64,000 nt of DNA. Source: Mobula hypostoma (lineage: Eukaryota). Both the position numbers and the translations under genes were made by a program. The notes beneath the pieces are model-generated. The model was not told the origin of the DNA, ran no database searches, and was given only the letters and a program-made list of their open reading frames with translations. The stretch is taken from contig NC_086108.1 in the NCBI RefSeq assembly GCF_963921235.1, positions 49,106,001 through 49,170,000 of the forward strand, in the 5' to 3' direction. This document shows, piece by piece, positions 26,791 through 39,769 of this stretch; the first letter of the stretch is position 1, and every line of letters starts with the position of its first letter.

Positions 26791-27289
26791 ATTCTGTCGT
26801 GCAAGATACTTCTTTAAGCATTGCAATGTTCTCCTCCAAGGGAACACTTACACATCAATCACTTCATTATTTGCAAGTTAACAAATTTTGGGAAATCACA
26901 ACTAAGTTGCACCCAGTTCAAACTTACTGATCTTCTTCACTGGAAATTTCTCATTTGTGTTCTGACATGGTACTCCTTATGGAAATCAGCAACCAAGTAC
27001 ATATTAGCAGCAAAAACCCAGCAACTTTGCTGGGAAATCTATCTTGTTTCAGTTGTACCAGGATAGACTTTGCACAGGAAGATCAAATCTATGAATATCA
27101 ATAAAGAGTATTCATTGCAAAGAGCAAGTTCATTTGCTTTCTTTTAATGTCCCCTGAATTTACATGCAGGGACCCTTGTTTTGGTTTCTTTAATTAGGAC
27201 ATAGGAACAAAAGGAACTATATTGTATCCTGACGATGATGAGAAAGAATGAGATATTGCAAAGTTAGAGGAACATTGGTTAGGAACAAA

Positions 27290-27650
27290 GTTAGAGGAAA
27301 TTTGGCCTGTCCCCTAAAACCCTCACTAATTTTTATAGATGCACCGTAGAAAGCATTCTCCTAGGGTGTATCACAATCTGGTATGGAAGTTGTCCTGTCC
27401 AAGAGCGAAAGAAGCTGCAGAAGATCATGAACACGGCGCAGCACATCACACAAACCAATCTTCCGTCCTTGGACTCACTTTACACAGCATGCTGTCGGAG
27501 CAGTGCTGCCAGGATAATCAAGGACACGACCCACCCAGCCAACACACTTTTCGTCCCTCTTCCCTCCAAGAGAAGGCTCAGGAGCTTGAAGACTCGTATG
27601 GCCAGATTTGGGAACAGCTTCTTTCCAACTGTGATAAGACTGCTGAACGG
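27290..27650 (+). mobile_element. Rex1/Babar-like 3' part, split by the L1 (continues 33487-33730)
   Basis: AARIIKDTTHPANTLFVPLPSKRRLRSLKTRMARFGNSFFPTVIRLLN. Resumes after the TSD and ends CAATAAAGTATAAAGTA. Confidence 0.85.
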
Positions 27651-27690
27651 GGCCTCAACTTCCGGGTCATCAAGAGAATGGCGGCGTAAG
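27651..27690 (+). promoter_or_regulatory. Putative L1 internal promoter motifs
   Basis: ETS-like ACTTCCGG (27658-27665) and YY1-like AATGGCGGC (27677-27685) at the extreme 5' end. Confidence 0.45.
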
Positions 27691-27787
27691 GAAAAGGTCT
27701 CTCGACAAAAAAGAAGGTAAACTGCCCCAAAATCGAATTTAGACAAATACTTAATATTGCATAACTATATTAATAAAAGGGGCAAGG

Positions 27788-28774
27788 ATGATGCCTAAGA
27801 ACAAGAATAAAAAGCCCGCTCCGAAGGCTGATAAACATAAAGAGACGCAGCAAGGCGACGGGCCTAGCTCCCCTACGGCAAGCCAGGACGGAGATAATGA
27901 GGGGGAATCGGTGACTCTGTCTTTGATTCTCGGAGAGATTCGCGAGTTCCGACAAGATAACAGCAAACAGCTGGAAGATATTAAAGGAGAAATAGTAAAA
28001 ACTAACTCGCGGATAGATGAAGCCGAAGCGAGGATTGTTGGAATTGAAGAGAAGCTACAAAACACCGAGGAAGTGATAGCAGAAATGCTGAAGCTGCAAG
28101 ACCAACTCCAGTGGAAACTAATAGATCAAGGCGGCCGCTCAAGAAGGGAAAATGTGAGGATCTACGGAGTTCCCGAAGGAACCGAAGGTAAACCCGGATT
28201 GATGATTCCCTTCGTGGAGAAGCTGCTTAGAGAGAACCTTGATATACCGGCCGCAAAAGACCTACAGATAGAAAGGGCTCACCGCGCGTTGGCACCACAG
28301 CCCCCGGCAGGCGCCCAGCCCAGATCGATTCTGATCAGATTTCTCAGTTACAGAACGAAGGAAGAGGTGCTTAAACGGGCATGGCAAAAGAAAGGTTTAA
28401 TGTGGAACAACTGCAAAATCAGTTTAGACCACGACTACGCACCGGGGATTCTTGCCAGACGGAAGGAATATACGGAAACACGGAGAGTCCTGAAGGAAAA
28501 CAACATCAGATTCCAGACCCTGTATCCAGCTCGGCTGAGAGTCTTTTACGACGAAGGGACAAAAACTTACGCTACGGTGGAGGAGGCAACGTCGGACCTG
28601 GCGGACCGGGGACTACCTATTAAAGTTATCACCCAACCGGAGTCGCTACTGGAGAGGATTCGGCAGAAGTCGTGGCAGTTAGTGGGGCGAGGACGCTCCG
28701 CTCGAACCAGAGTGTCAAACTACAAGGAAAAGCTGCAAATATTCAGACGCGAATGTACAGAGAATACAGATTAA
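27788..28774 (+). CDS. L1 ORF1p (coiled coil plus RRM/CTD, Transposase_22-like), 328 aa, open
   Basis: Heptad-rich N-terminus, RSRRENVRIYGVPEG, IERAHR, PRSILIRF, ARRKEY and LYPARLRV. Confidence 0.93.
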   Translation: MMPKNKNKKPAPKADKHKETQQGDGPSSPTASQDGDNEGESVTLSLILGEIREFRQDNSKQLEDIKGEIVKTNSRIDEAEARIVGIEEKLQNTEEVIAEMLKLQDQLQWKLIDQGGRSRRENVRIYGVPEGTEGKPGLMIPFVEKLLRENLDIPAAKDLQIERAHRALAPQPPAGAQPRSILIRFLSYRTKEEVLKRAWQKKGLMWNNCKISLDHDYAPGILARRKEYTETRRVLKENNIRFQTLYPARLRVFYDEGTKTYATVEEATSDLADRGLPIKVITQPESLLERIRQKSWQLVGRGRSARTRVSNYKEKLQIFRRECTENTD

Positions 28775-29136
28775 TTAAGAGAAATGACTGAAAAGAGTAA
28801 ATTGGACTTAAAAGTAAAATGAAAACTGGTAACTGAAAATAAACTAGGTGGAATAACTTGAATGATAGCAATATGGTCGAGACATAAATAGGAGAAAATT
28901 CTCTATGATTATTCAAACTGCTGAGGGCCCTCTAACCCAGGGTGAAGATAGAGGTTATCCCTCTGAACTGAGGCGGGTCGGTGCTCAGGCCTCACTGTGG
29001 GAAGTCGGGAAAAATTTTCAAATGTTATACGTTCAGAAATGTCTAGGGTGTGGTTATATGTCTTGGTTTACTGTTGAGAAGGGATTGCTTACTGTTTGGT
29101 TAGAAAAGGAGAGTGCTTTTTTTCTACTGGAGAAAA

Positions 29137-32100
29137 ATGCAAACTGAATTGGTAAAAATAATTTCCTAGAATGTTAATGGGGTTTTGAATCCAATTAAAA
29201 GAAATAAGATTATGTCTAAATTGAAAAAAGAGAGGGCACAAATAGCTTTCCTCCAGGAAACACATATGAGCCAATCTGAACATGGAAAATTAAAAAGAAT
29301 GGGCTTTAAGCATGTATTTTATTCATCATATAAATTGAGTCACAAAAGAGGGGTAGCTACTTTAATATCAAGTACTCTTAATTATGAACATATTTCAGAG
29401 ACTAGAGACAAAGAAGGACGGTTTGTAAAAATCACAGGAAGAATAGAAGGTACAGAAATAACATTGCTGAATGTTTATGCTCCTCCAGGTAGTGAATGGT
29501 CATTTTATAGACACATTTTTGACCTAATGGTCAGTTCTCGAGGGGTAGTAATTTGTGGAGGGGATTTTAATATTAGATTAAATCCTATATTAGATTCTTC
29601 AAGAATAGTTACTCAGAATAAACCTCTGACTCGGAAAGTGAATTCATTGATGGAGGAGTTGGGAATTATAGATGTCTGGAGGGAATTACACCCTACTAGT
29701 AAAGATTATACATATTACTCTTTCCCTCATTCAGCCTATTCAAGGATAGACTATTTCTTTATCTTTAATACAGATAGACTCAGGATAAAAAACTGTAATA
29801 TTGCAACAATTGATCTGTCGGATCATAGCCCAGTCTCTATGTCTCTAATCCTGGAAAGGAAAATGAGGAAAACACTATGGAGGCTAAACTCACATATACT
29901 CAATAACCCGAAAGTAATGGAGAGATTAAGGGGAGAAATCAAAGAATATCTAGACCTTAATGACACGGGAGAAACATCACCAGTGATTTTATGGGATACA
30001 TTGAAAGCTGTACTGAGAGGGAAAATTATTTCCATTACTACTCACATGAAAAAAATTAATGCACAAAAATTAGCAGACCTTCAAGGAAAATTAAAACGAC
30101 TTCAAGTTGTAGATAGCAACAAAAGTAATTCAAATCGAAAACAGGAAATTAGGAAATTGCAAAGTGAAATTGATGATATTTATACGTTGGAAACTCAAAG
30201 AAATTTTCTTTACCTGAGACAAAAGAATTATGAAGTAGGAGGTAAATCAGCTAGATTATTAGCATATAAATTACGAAAACAACAAGCAGACAATACAATT
30301 CATAAAATAAAGAATCCAAAGACAAAGCTTGTGGAGAGTACAATAGGGAAAATTCAAGAGAGTTTTGAAACATATTATCGAGAGCTGTACTCCCGGGCCC
30401 CCAATGAGCCCTATATAGACAGTGTATTGAATTTTTTAGATCTACCTAAACTTACAGATTTACAAAATGAAAGTTTATTAGAACCAGTAACTGTCAAAGA
30501 ACTGAACATGGCCATCTCCAGGTTAAAGGCTGGAAAGTCCCCGGGTTCTGATGGGTTTACCTCAGAGTGGTACAAGTCCCTGAAGACACAGTTAGCCCCA
30601 TTACTACTTAACACCTTTAATTGGATCTTGCAGAGAGGAGAAACTCCACCTTCCTGGAGAGAAGCGATTATTTCAGTTATTCCTAAAGAGGGTAAAGATA
30701 AACTAGAATGTGGCAATTATCAGCCAATTAGTGTTCTTAATTTAGATTACAAACTATTTACATCTATATTAGCGCGCAGATTGGAAAAGCTTTTACCTGG
30801 CCTAATCCATTTAGACCAGACTGGATTTATTCAACAAAGACAAACACAGGACAACATAAGGAGAACTCTGCACATATTAGAACAGGTTAATAAGAACGAG
30901 ACAGAGACAATGGTAGTAGGATTGGACGCTGAGAAAGCTTTTGATTCGGTTAGTTGGGCATTCCTATACAGAGTGTTAGGAAGATTCGGCTTTCAAGAAA
31001 GGTTTATTAAAGTAATTCAGACTCTATATGACAGCCCTACAGCCCAAATTAAGATAAATGGGGACCTCTCTGACTCCTTCATTTTAGAGAGAGGCACTAG
31101 ACAGGGATGCCCAATTTCTCCTCTCCTTTTTGCGCTATATATTGAACCACTTGCCCAACTAATAAGACAGAGCGAAATCGTAAAAGGTATCAAGGTGGCA
31201 GGGATTGAACAGAAAGTGGCGTTATTCGCAGATGATGTTTTGGTCTATCTGAGTGAACCAGAAAAATCATTTATAGGATTGTTTACACTGTTGGATGACT
31301 TTGGGAAAATATCAGGTTATAAAATAAATGTAAAGAAAACGCAGGTTATGTCCCTAAATTATACACCATCCAAAAAATTGCAGGATACATACGATCTTAA
31401 GTGGGAAGCTAAATCATTAAAATATTTAGGAATAACCCTGCCGAAGGATCTTTCAATACTGTCACAGGTAAATTATGGGCCATTAATCTCAGAGATAAAA
31501 GCAGATATGCATAGATGGAATCTTATCCCCTTTTTAAGTTTAAATTCAAGGATAAATACTATAAAAATGAATATTCTTCCTCGGTTATTATATCTTTTCC
31601 GTACTTTACCAGTGGAGGTGGATGATAATCAATTCAGGGAATGGGACAAATGGATTTCCCGCTTCATTTGGCAAGGAAGGAAACCTAGAATTCGATATAA
31701 CACCTTACAGTTAGGGAAGGAAAGAGGAGGTATGGTTCTTCCTTGCCTGAGAAATTATTTTTATGCCTCACAGATAACCCCTCTGTTATATTGGTGTAAT
31801 AGGGAATATAAGGCTAGATGGAAGGAAATAGAATTTGGATTAGTTGACAGTTTTCCTCTTCAGGCCTCAATAGCTGACAAAGGATTGATGGCCCAGTTGG
31901 AAAAATTTAATAATGCTTGGATAATTCTTACATTAAAAGTATGGCAGAAGGTGGTTAATTCATGTGGAATTAATAACATGCTAAAACTCTTTAGATGGTG
32001 TGCATATGATACCGAATTCCTTCCCAACAGAGGAGATAAAAGATTTGAGCTATGGATAAAGAAGGGTCTTACAACCTACCTCTCATTTATAGATAAAAGA

Positions 32101-32904
32101 GTATTACAAAGTTTCCAAATCCTGCAGGACAAACATGGCCTAGAACATAATGACTTTTTTTAGGTACCTTCAAATACGAAACTATGTTAACCAGAGTTGT
32201 AGATATACAGACCTATCAACAGTAGAATTAGAATTTTTCAAGATTCTGAATTCGGCTTGCAGTTCAATACCTAGTAAATCAGTTTCTCGCCTATATGATG
32301 CACTCTCCCATGCTAAAAATGTAAATACACTGTATATTAAAGAGAAGTGGGAGAAAGAAGCGGGGTTGGTACTTTCAGAGGAGGCTTGGCGGAAAATCTG
32401 CAGCTTTCAATGGTCCTCGACTAATTCTTTGACTTGGAGAGAACATTGTTGGAAAAACATTATAAGATACTTCAAGACCCCATATCAGGAAAAATATAAA
32501 GATACAATGTGATGTGTTGGAGAAGGTGCGGCTCCAAGGAGGCAAATCATTTTCATATTTTCTGGGATTGCCCTAAATTAAGTCTATTTTGGGAAGGTAT
32601 TCATAGAACATTAGTTAAGGTACTTAGGTCCCAGATACCTCTGAACTTTGAGACGCTCTATTTGGGGCATGTATTGTTCCTTGAACAGAAGGAAGATATA
32701 AAGTTGCTGCAGGCCCTCTTAGCGGCAAGTAAGAAATCAATCACTAGAAAATGGCTAAATCCAATACCACCTACATTAGAAGATTGGTACGAAATTATCT
32801 TGGAAATATTTAAAATGGAAAAGTTGACTTACTCCCTGAGAACTCAAAAAGAAACATTTTATCAAATCTGGAATAAATGGATTGAATATATAACCCCAAT
32901 GTGA
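29137..32904 (+). pseudogene. L1 ORF2p (APE endonuclease, RT, CCHC knuckle) with one nonsense codon and two frameshifts
   Basis: ATG 29137 reads MQTELVKIIS*NVNG (TAG at 29167-29169). Motifs FLQETH, GGDFN, SRIDYF, SDH, GLDAEKAFD, GTRQGCPISP, LFADD, YLG and CWRRC...HIFWDC. Frame changes at the T7 run 32155-32161 and at ~32508. Confidence 0.93.
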
Positions 32905-34294
32905 GCAGACTTTAGATGACTCTCCTAATGATTTATATTGCTCTTCTCATCAACACAGTAATATTGCTAACGTAAGCACCCCTAGTCTAAATGTTTGTTG
33001 TTTTTTTTTGGAAAATAGAGAATTAACACAAGTAAAGGGAAAGATTTGGGAAAGGGATAAAAAAAATGAAAAAATTAAGTAAATAAGTACATAGGGATTG
33101 GATAATTATGTCTGCGGGCAGGAACACGCACGAACAAATTGGGATATAAACACCTACAATGGTTGGTATATAGGCTTGTATGCAACATTTTGGACCAGTG
33201 GAAATGGTCCAGAAGGGTTGTATGGAAACTATTATTACCATTTTTCTTAACAACTAATTTCATTACTTAGCCTAATAGGTTAGATTTACCACAGTACATA
33301 ATTATCTATTTAAATGTTTATTTTCCTTTTATATCATCTCAATGTGTACTTAAGAATGTATAAATAATTGTAGTTTTATACATATAAAAAAATGGAAAAG
33401 GTTATATGTGTGAAAAAAGTACATGATAATTGTGAATTCCTTATCCAAATAAAACTAAAATTTAAAAAAAAAAGACTGCTGAACGGATCCTGACCCGGAT
33501 CTGGGCTGTACCCTCCAAATATCTGGACCTGCCTCTCGGTTTTTTTGCACTACCTTACTTCCCATTTTTCTATTTATGATTTATAATTTAAATGTTTAAT
33601 ATTTACTAATTTTAACTATTTTTAATATTTAATATTTGTAATCTAGGGAGTGGGAAGTACAGAACCAAATATTGCTGTGATGATTGTACGTTCTAGTACC
33701 AATTGTTTGGCGACAATAAAGTATAAAGTACATTGCGGAAGAATGTAGACTGAGTGATTGAATGCAAGAGCACAGACTGCAAGAAGAGTTATGTCAGCTG
33801 AGAGGCCGGAGCAGCTTTACAGATGAAATTTACAATGAAGGGTTCTGGAAGATGCAGTTCAATGCAGAAATTACAAGTTTTGTATATTGGGGAAAAGAAC
33901 AATGATAAATATTATTAAATAGTAAACATCTTAACAATATGGAAGGTGTAGGTTCTAATGCTGGTGATAAATTTGCAGTAGGCAAATAAGATTCAGGATG
34001 TATACACAGAGATATTGATTATAAAATCAAAAACAACAGGAGAGAAAGAGGCTCTTGGCATTTAAAAACATCGTGAAATAAAGAGGCCACTTGAATTAAA
34101 AAATACCATGAGCAAGAGAGGTTCCAAGTGTTTAAAAACAACATGGGAGAGGAGTTTTACAAGTTCAAAAACAGGAAAGAAAGATTATTTGAGTTAAGAG
34201 AGTGTGGAATAGGTGCGGGATAATTCAAGTATTCAAAAACAGCTTTGGAAAGAGGAGTTCCATGAGCTTAAAAACATCATGGTACACAAAGAGG

Positions 34295-34920
34295 CATAGA
34301 CCATTAGATGGAGGAACATAATCAGGCCATTCAGCCCATCAATTCTGCTCTGCTGTTCCATCCTGGCAGATTTATCATTCCTCTCATCCCCATGCTCCTG
34401 CCCTCTGCCCATAACCTTTGACATCCTTACTAATCAGAAGCCTATCATCCACCACTTTAAATATACTGAATGACTTGGCTGCACAGCCATCTGTGGCAAT
34501 GAATTCCACACAGTCACCACTCTCTGGCTACAGAAATTTCTCTTCATCTCTGTTCTAAAGGGAAATCCTTGTATTCTGAGATTGTGCCTTCTGTTCCTCA
34601 ACTTTCCCACTATAGGTAACATCCTCTCCATGTCCATCATAACTAGGGCTTTCACTAGGTTTCAATATCATCCTCATTCCTCTAAGCGCCAGTGAATACA
34701 GTCCCAAGGTCAACAAATGTTCCTCAGACATCAACCCTTTCAATCCCATATCATTCTCATAAACCTCCTCTGGACCCTCTCCAATGCCACCATGTCCTTT
34801 CTTAGATAAGGGGCACAAATCTGCTCACATTACTCCCAAATGTGGTCTGACCAATGTCTTATAAAACCTCAGCATAAATCCTTGCTTTAATATTCTAGTC
34901 CTCTCAGAATGAATGCTAAC
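34295..34920 (-). mobile_element. CR1 3' fragment
   Basis: LGLYSL...RRHNLRIQGFPFRTEMKRNFCSQRVVTVWNSLPQ. Confidence 0.8.
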
Positions 34921-36306
34921 AAAACAGAGAAGCGGAGCAATGGAAAAAATATTAGGGAGGAGAATTATTGAAGAACAAATAGAGTTAAGAACACTCATCT
35001 AATAGGATAATTAAATATAAAATGAGAGGAAATCATGTTAAGAATGAGTTAAACTATTAGCAGACAATATTTATATAACATAAGTGGAGATAGTCATGCA
35101 TATGGTAAAATTAGATATACAAATGATTACAGAAACGTGGTGTTAGAATAATCAGGAATGCAAAAACTATTTAAAATTTTAAATTTAGAAAAGGTACATT
35201 GAGAAATGGAGAAGACAGAATTGTAATACTCGTTAGGAATAAAGCAAAAACAATAGAAAAGGGGCTCAGCTATAATGAAGACAAAAACATAGTTAAAATA
35301 AACTTTAATAAAAGTCACATACGTCACTTCATATTTGATTATAAATGGAGAAACAAATATGCAGACAAATTAGTGAAAAACAAAATAAATAGAATAACCA
35401 TAGATTCCAACTACAAAGCATCTGAAGTGAAAAGATAAAGAATAATGGTAGTTCCGAATTATATGTTGTTATAACTAACATATAAAAATACCAAAGGACA
35501 ATTGCTCCTTGACCTATTTATAATGTGGAATAAATAAGAACAGATGAAAACAGAAATGTCAAACAATATTTTGTCAAATGTGTCCACTACAATATATATT
35601 GAGAGGGTCAGAATGTAACTGGAGGTCTTCATTGCAAGACAGTCCCCCAAAAAATCTAGCAGGGAATCCCATAGGATCGGCTTTACCAATATGATGAGAA
35701 TGTGAAATTCACCACCACAGGTTGGCTGAAATGAATAGATACATTTAAGGTGAGGAGAAGAGCTGCTGGGCAATATGCAAAATAGTTTACAATTATGATG
35801 AGAACCAAATTAATATGTTGAAGAAAAACTGATTTTGATGGGTTGAGAATAGAAGTTGGCAAGGATCTTGAAAAAGAATTTTGTTGAACAATCTGAAATA
35901 TTTAAAACAATGTTCTACAGAATGCAGACAATTTTACTTATGGAGTAAATCAAACATCTTTGAGATCAGATGAATAGACAAAAAAAGAACTGAGAGTAAA
36001 GAAAAAGCCATATACAGTATTAACTATAGAGAAAAGAGAGAATACAAAGTGTGAAAAAACAATTAGGTAGATGAAGAGCCATGTAATTAAGTTATCAAAC
36101 ATAAGGAAAAACATTTTACAAATATTGATAAAAAGCTAGAATGGACATAAACCCATTAAGGAATAGACAGGACAATACGCACTGATACAGCAGTAAGCTG
36201 ACATTAAAATTAAATAGAGATTCAATATTTGAGAGAAGAAATTAATGCACTTTAAAGTGGATATAAATCAAAGATGATAAAGCCATAGTCAGATATATCA
36301 GAGAAA

Positions 36307-36726
36307 TGTTTGGCGTTAGAGGACTAGCAGACAGATAATACATTTAGGGAAAGTGAGAGCGAGGAATTATATGCAGAATTAAAACAGTTAACACCTGACA
36401 TTTGCAGCTTGTCTATTAATGTTGCACGATAACTAATCCGCTAACCGTGAAGCAGATGCAGGGAACAAAGGAGTGTTTGTGCATGAGAAAGCTGCTTTGT
36501 GTAAACACTAATCAAGGATGCCTGGTAACCATCAGAGTATGTATGTGATAACGAATGTTTAACAAGCAACCCCAGACATATATCCGGGCTCTATGCGTGG
36601 AACTCTGTAGATCAACTGAGCGACGCAAGCTTGCTAATAAATCATATGTAATTTTAAGTAAATTGTGTTTGACAATTATTTCCTGGGTCTGAACCTAAAG
36701 TTCTCTGATAGAGAGGCAGATCAACA
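36307..36726 (+). mobile_element. Putative solo LTR (~420 bp)
   Basis: TGTT...AACA ends, flanks AGAAA/AGAGA (4 of 5 match), a TATA-like CATATAT then AATAAA near 36636, and a composition distinct from the A-rich surroundings. Confidence 0.45.
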
Positions 36727-36794
36727 AGAGAACACATTATCTGAAGAAAACCCAATCGGTTTAACTGATGGTATGAAAATCCTACCATGGTAGG

Positions 36795-37050
36795 CTGATA
36801 GGATGGCTCTGAGGCTATACTCTCTGTAGTTTAGAAGAATGAAGGGGGATCTTATCGAGCAGGAACTTCTTAAGCCAGAGGGTAGTGAATCTGACGAATC
36901 CATTGCCACAGACAGCTGTGGAGGCCAAGTCATTGGGTATACTTAAAGTAGAGGTTGATAGGTTTTTGATTTGTCAGGGCATCAAAGGTTACAGGGAGAA
37001 GACAGGAGAATGAGGTTGAGAGGGATAATCAATTAGCCATGACAGAATGG
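36795..37050 (+). mobile_element. CR1 3' end
   Basis: CAGAGGGTAGTGAATCTG...GGAGGCCAAGTCATTGGGT...AATTCTGCTCCTATGTCTTACGG tail. Confidence 0.75.
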
Positions 37051-38746
37051 CGGAGCAGACTCGATAAAAGCCAAATGGCCTAATTCTGCTCCTATGTCTT
37101 ACGGTCTAAAAGTAATGGAATCCTGATTAAGGGGGAGTAGACTTCTGCTGCCTGGAACTCAGTTTGCAGTGCACTTGCGACTTGTGAACTATCTGAGTTA
37201 TGAATAGTTCACAGGAACGGACCTAATGAAGATCTGAATAGAAGATACGACAGTGTAGATTTTAAAGGAAAAGCAATAGCTTAATCCACCTTATTGATTT
37301 TGATTTGGTAACAGCAAGAGTTATCTAGTGGAAATTATTTACCTCGAATTTCAAAAATCCCAGCTAAGTTATTGACAAATGACTAGGTCAGCGACTTGTG
37401 GTGTCAAGTAAATCCAAGAAACATAATAGAATCAATGAAAGGATGGGTATACAACCAACGTACAAAAAACAAACTGTACAAATACAGAAAGAAATAGTAG
37501 TACTAATAATAAATAAGCAATAAATATGAAGAATATGAGATGGAGTCCATGAAAGTGAGTGCTTAGGTTGTGGGAACAGTTCAGTGATGATTCTATTGTG
37601 TCTCCTTGTATTTACCGGTAATACCTACAAGAAAATGAATCTCAGGGTTGTACATGGTGATATATATGTACTTTGATAATAAATTTACTTTGTACTTCCC
37701 CCATTAGTAGAAATGGTTGCCTCAGGCGTATGTAGCTAAGCCACATGTGAAGACTAGGAACTGAATTTGGTTGTCAGCGGCTATTTGAGATGGACACCAC
37801 TGGGAGCATTTAGTAAGTCATGGGCGCATATCCCCATAACCTCCCTGGCTGTAACAATCTTAAGGAACCCTTCACTGAAGGCGGCTGATAATTAATCAAA
37901 TGAAATGATTAACAATTTAATATAGTGCAGAGAAATCATTTATGCTTCTGAGTTAGAAAAAAAACTAGTGATCTTCAGGTAACAGCATCCCCAAGAATGA
38001 GAATTCAAAATAATGTTAGGAGTGGTGAGAATGTGCAACTCACCATGGGAGGGTATTTGAAATGAAAAGATGCATTTAGGTGGGGAGAAGGTCTGCAGGA
38101 CAAACAATTGAAGGAAAGGGAATGAAAGAATTAGGCAAGGAGAGAAAGGATGACATTTCAGTGGAACATGAATAGCCGATTTCTGCATTGGTCATTTTAT
38201 CTATGTCGTTGGTTCTGTAACAATTGGCTTCTTACATACAGTATAGAAAAAATATTAATTCACAGAAAAAGCATGATGAATTATTGAAAAGATACTCAAG
38301 ATGGCAAATGCTGCCTAGAAGGCAGTCCTAACAGTATCAACTGAAAGAAAGTTAAATTAACAGGTTTTTTTTATGTTGTATAATTGCAATAATTCCTATT
38401 GAGATATCAAAGACTATTAAAAAGGACACAAGGTTATGGAGTTTTAAAATACGTATTTGTAAAAGATGATAGGTAAATTAAGTTAGAGCTACTAACACAA
38501 CATGCCAAAATGTCTTTGCTACTCTTTTCTTTTCTATCTTGTTTATATAACAAAAAATACCCCAAGCATGATCATTCTTCCAGGATCAGAATCACTTGAA
38601 ATGGAGACATGGCCTACAACCAGAGATGGACAAACATATTTCATGTTTCATTCAACAAACATGGTTTGCCTCCTTTGCCATGGAATTGAATGTCATAGTG
38701 ATACATGAATTCCCATTCCTTTTTGTGCTACTTTAAATCTTAGTAC

Positions 38747-39022
38747 CTTATAAGAAACTAAAATCTGATCGCAGTACAGGTTCATCCTGCTCTCTGGGGT
38801 GAATTTGGCGGTCGACACGTAAACGGGCGGCAGAACACGCGCTCCTTCAACTTCCTCCGACTTCTCTTGTGCCGCTTTAACCGACTGAGGAGATGAAGTC
38901 AGCGGGCGGACAAATGTGGATCCACTGCTTTCCCCTCTGCTTTTATCGTCTAATTCAACGTCTGCCTCCTGGTCTACTTGTGCCTCACTGGCCATCTCCC
39001 TCTCGGAGGAGTGCGACGCCAT
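38747..39022 (-). CDS. SHCBP1L: SHCBP1L (SHC SH2-binding protein 1-like, testicular spindle-associated) coding exon 1
   Basis: ATG at 39022 gives 92 codons, MASHSSERE...VLPPVYVSTAKFTPESRMNLYCDQILVSYK, ending at a phase-0 donor AAG|gtactaag. The C-terminal part matches my recollection of mammalian SHCBP1L (LPPVCVS...VSLYCDEVLQDCK). Lies in a CpG island. Confidence 0.88.
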
Positions 39023-39530
39023 GACTGCGTTTCGCCCGTTGCTCTGGAACTGTCCAACGGCCCACAGGAGCGCGAGGCACGAGCTCGATCCGGAGAGCAA
39101 AGGGCTCGAAGGCAAGGCCAGCTAATCGGCGCGGAAACTCAAATCCACCCCAGCTGAAGCGAGCACTATATAACCGACAGTCGCCAACAAGCTGACCTAA
39201 AACAACACACATGCACCACAGTATAAAAACATGCGAGGCTTCCAACTCACAGAGCGCGAGCGAGCCCTGATTTAAATAGGCGCGTGGGCAAACGCACGGT
39301 CTCGTGGATGGGGTGCCTTCGGACCCCGAATGACGATGAGACGCTGCAGCAAAATCTGCGTGGTGCGTGCGAGAGCTGCTAAGCGTTGTACGTTTGGAAT
39401 TCCGTTTTCTTTCCACCCTTACTGTGCTGTCTCATGAATCCAGAGTAGCACCCGGTTCACGCTCCGATTTCCAGGATTACCCTCAAGGACGGGAGGATCA
39501 CATAATCTGTAAGGTCCTGTCGGGGGCTAT
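38770..39530. promoter_or_regulatory. CpG island / probable SHCBP1L promoter
   Basis: Locally GC- and CpG-rich non-repetitive sequence over exon 1 and upstream, in a CpG-poor background. TATA-like words at 39167-39172 (TATATA), ~39223 (TATAAA, +) and 39271 (TTTAAATA). Confidence 0.7.
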
Positions 39531-39769
39531 TTTAAACAAACAAGTTCTTCTTTGGTATAGTTTCATGTCCATTCTTTTATAAATAAGTTCAAAGTGCAAT
39601 TACCTATTTTGGGGTGGAGAACGAATGTGAAACAGTGTACTTTGTTTTCTGTTGACTAATCAGTTTTATGTTGTGCAAGCAAATCACTGTATCACCTGCA
39701 AGGTTTGTTTGGGTCCCTAGATGATGGGAAGGGAGGAGTTGACATTACATGTTGCATCCTGTACGAGGA

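Larger units (their letters stand above)
27651..33471 (+). mobile_element. Full-length L1-clade retrotransposon (~5.8 kb) in SHCBP1L intron 1, antisense to the gene
   Basis: Exact 15-bp TSD AAGACTGCTGAACGG at 27636-27650 and 33472-33486. Has 5'UTR, ORF1, spacer, ORF2, 3'UTR, AATAAA and an A tail. Confidence 0.97.

Noticed and set aside
37183..37213. 10-bp perfect inverted repeat (also an 8-bp one near 63222-63242)
   Set aside because: Short enough to arise by chance in 64 kb, with no supporting context.
39023..39115. N-terminal extension of exon 1 in the ORF track (MPSSPLL...)
   Set aside because: It starts at a non-ATG codon. The first ATG is 39022, with a Kozak-like GTCATGG context.
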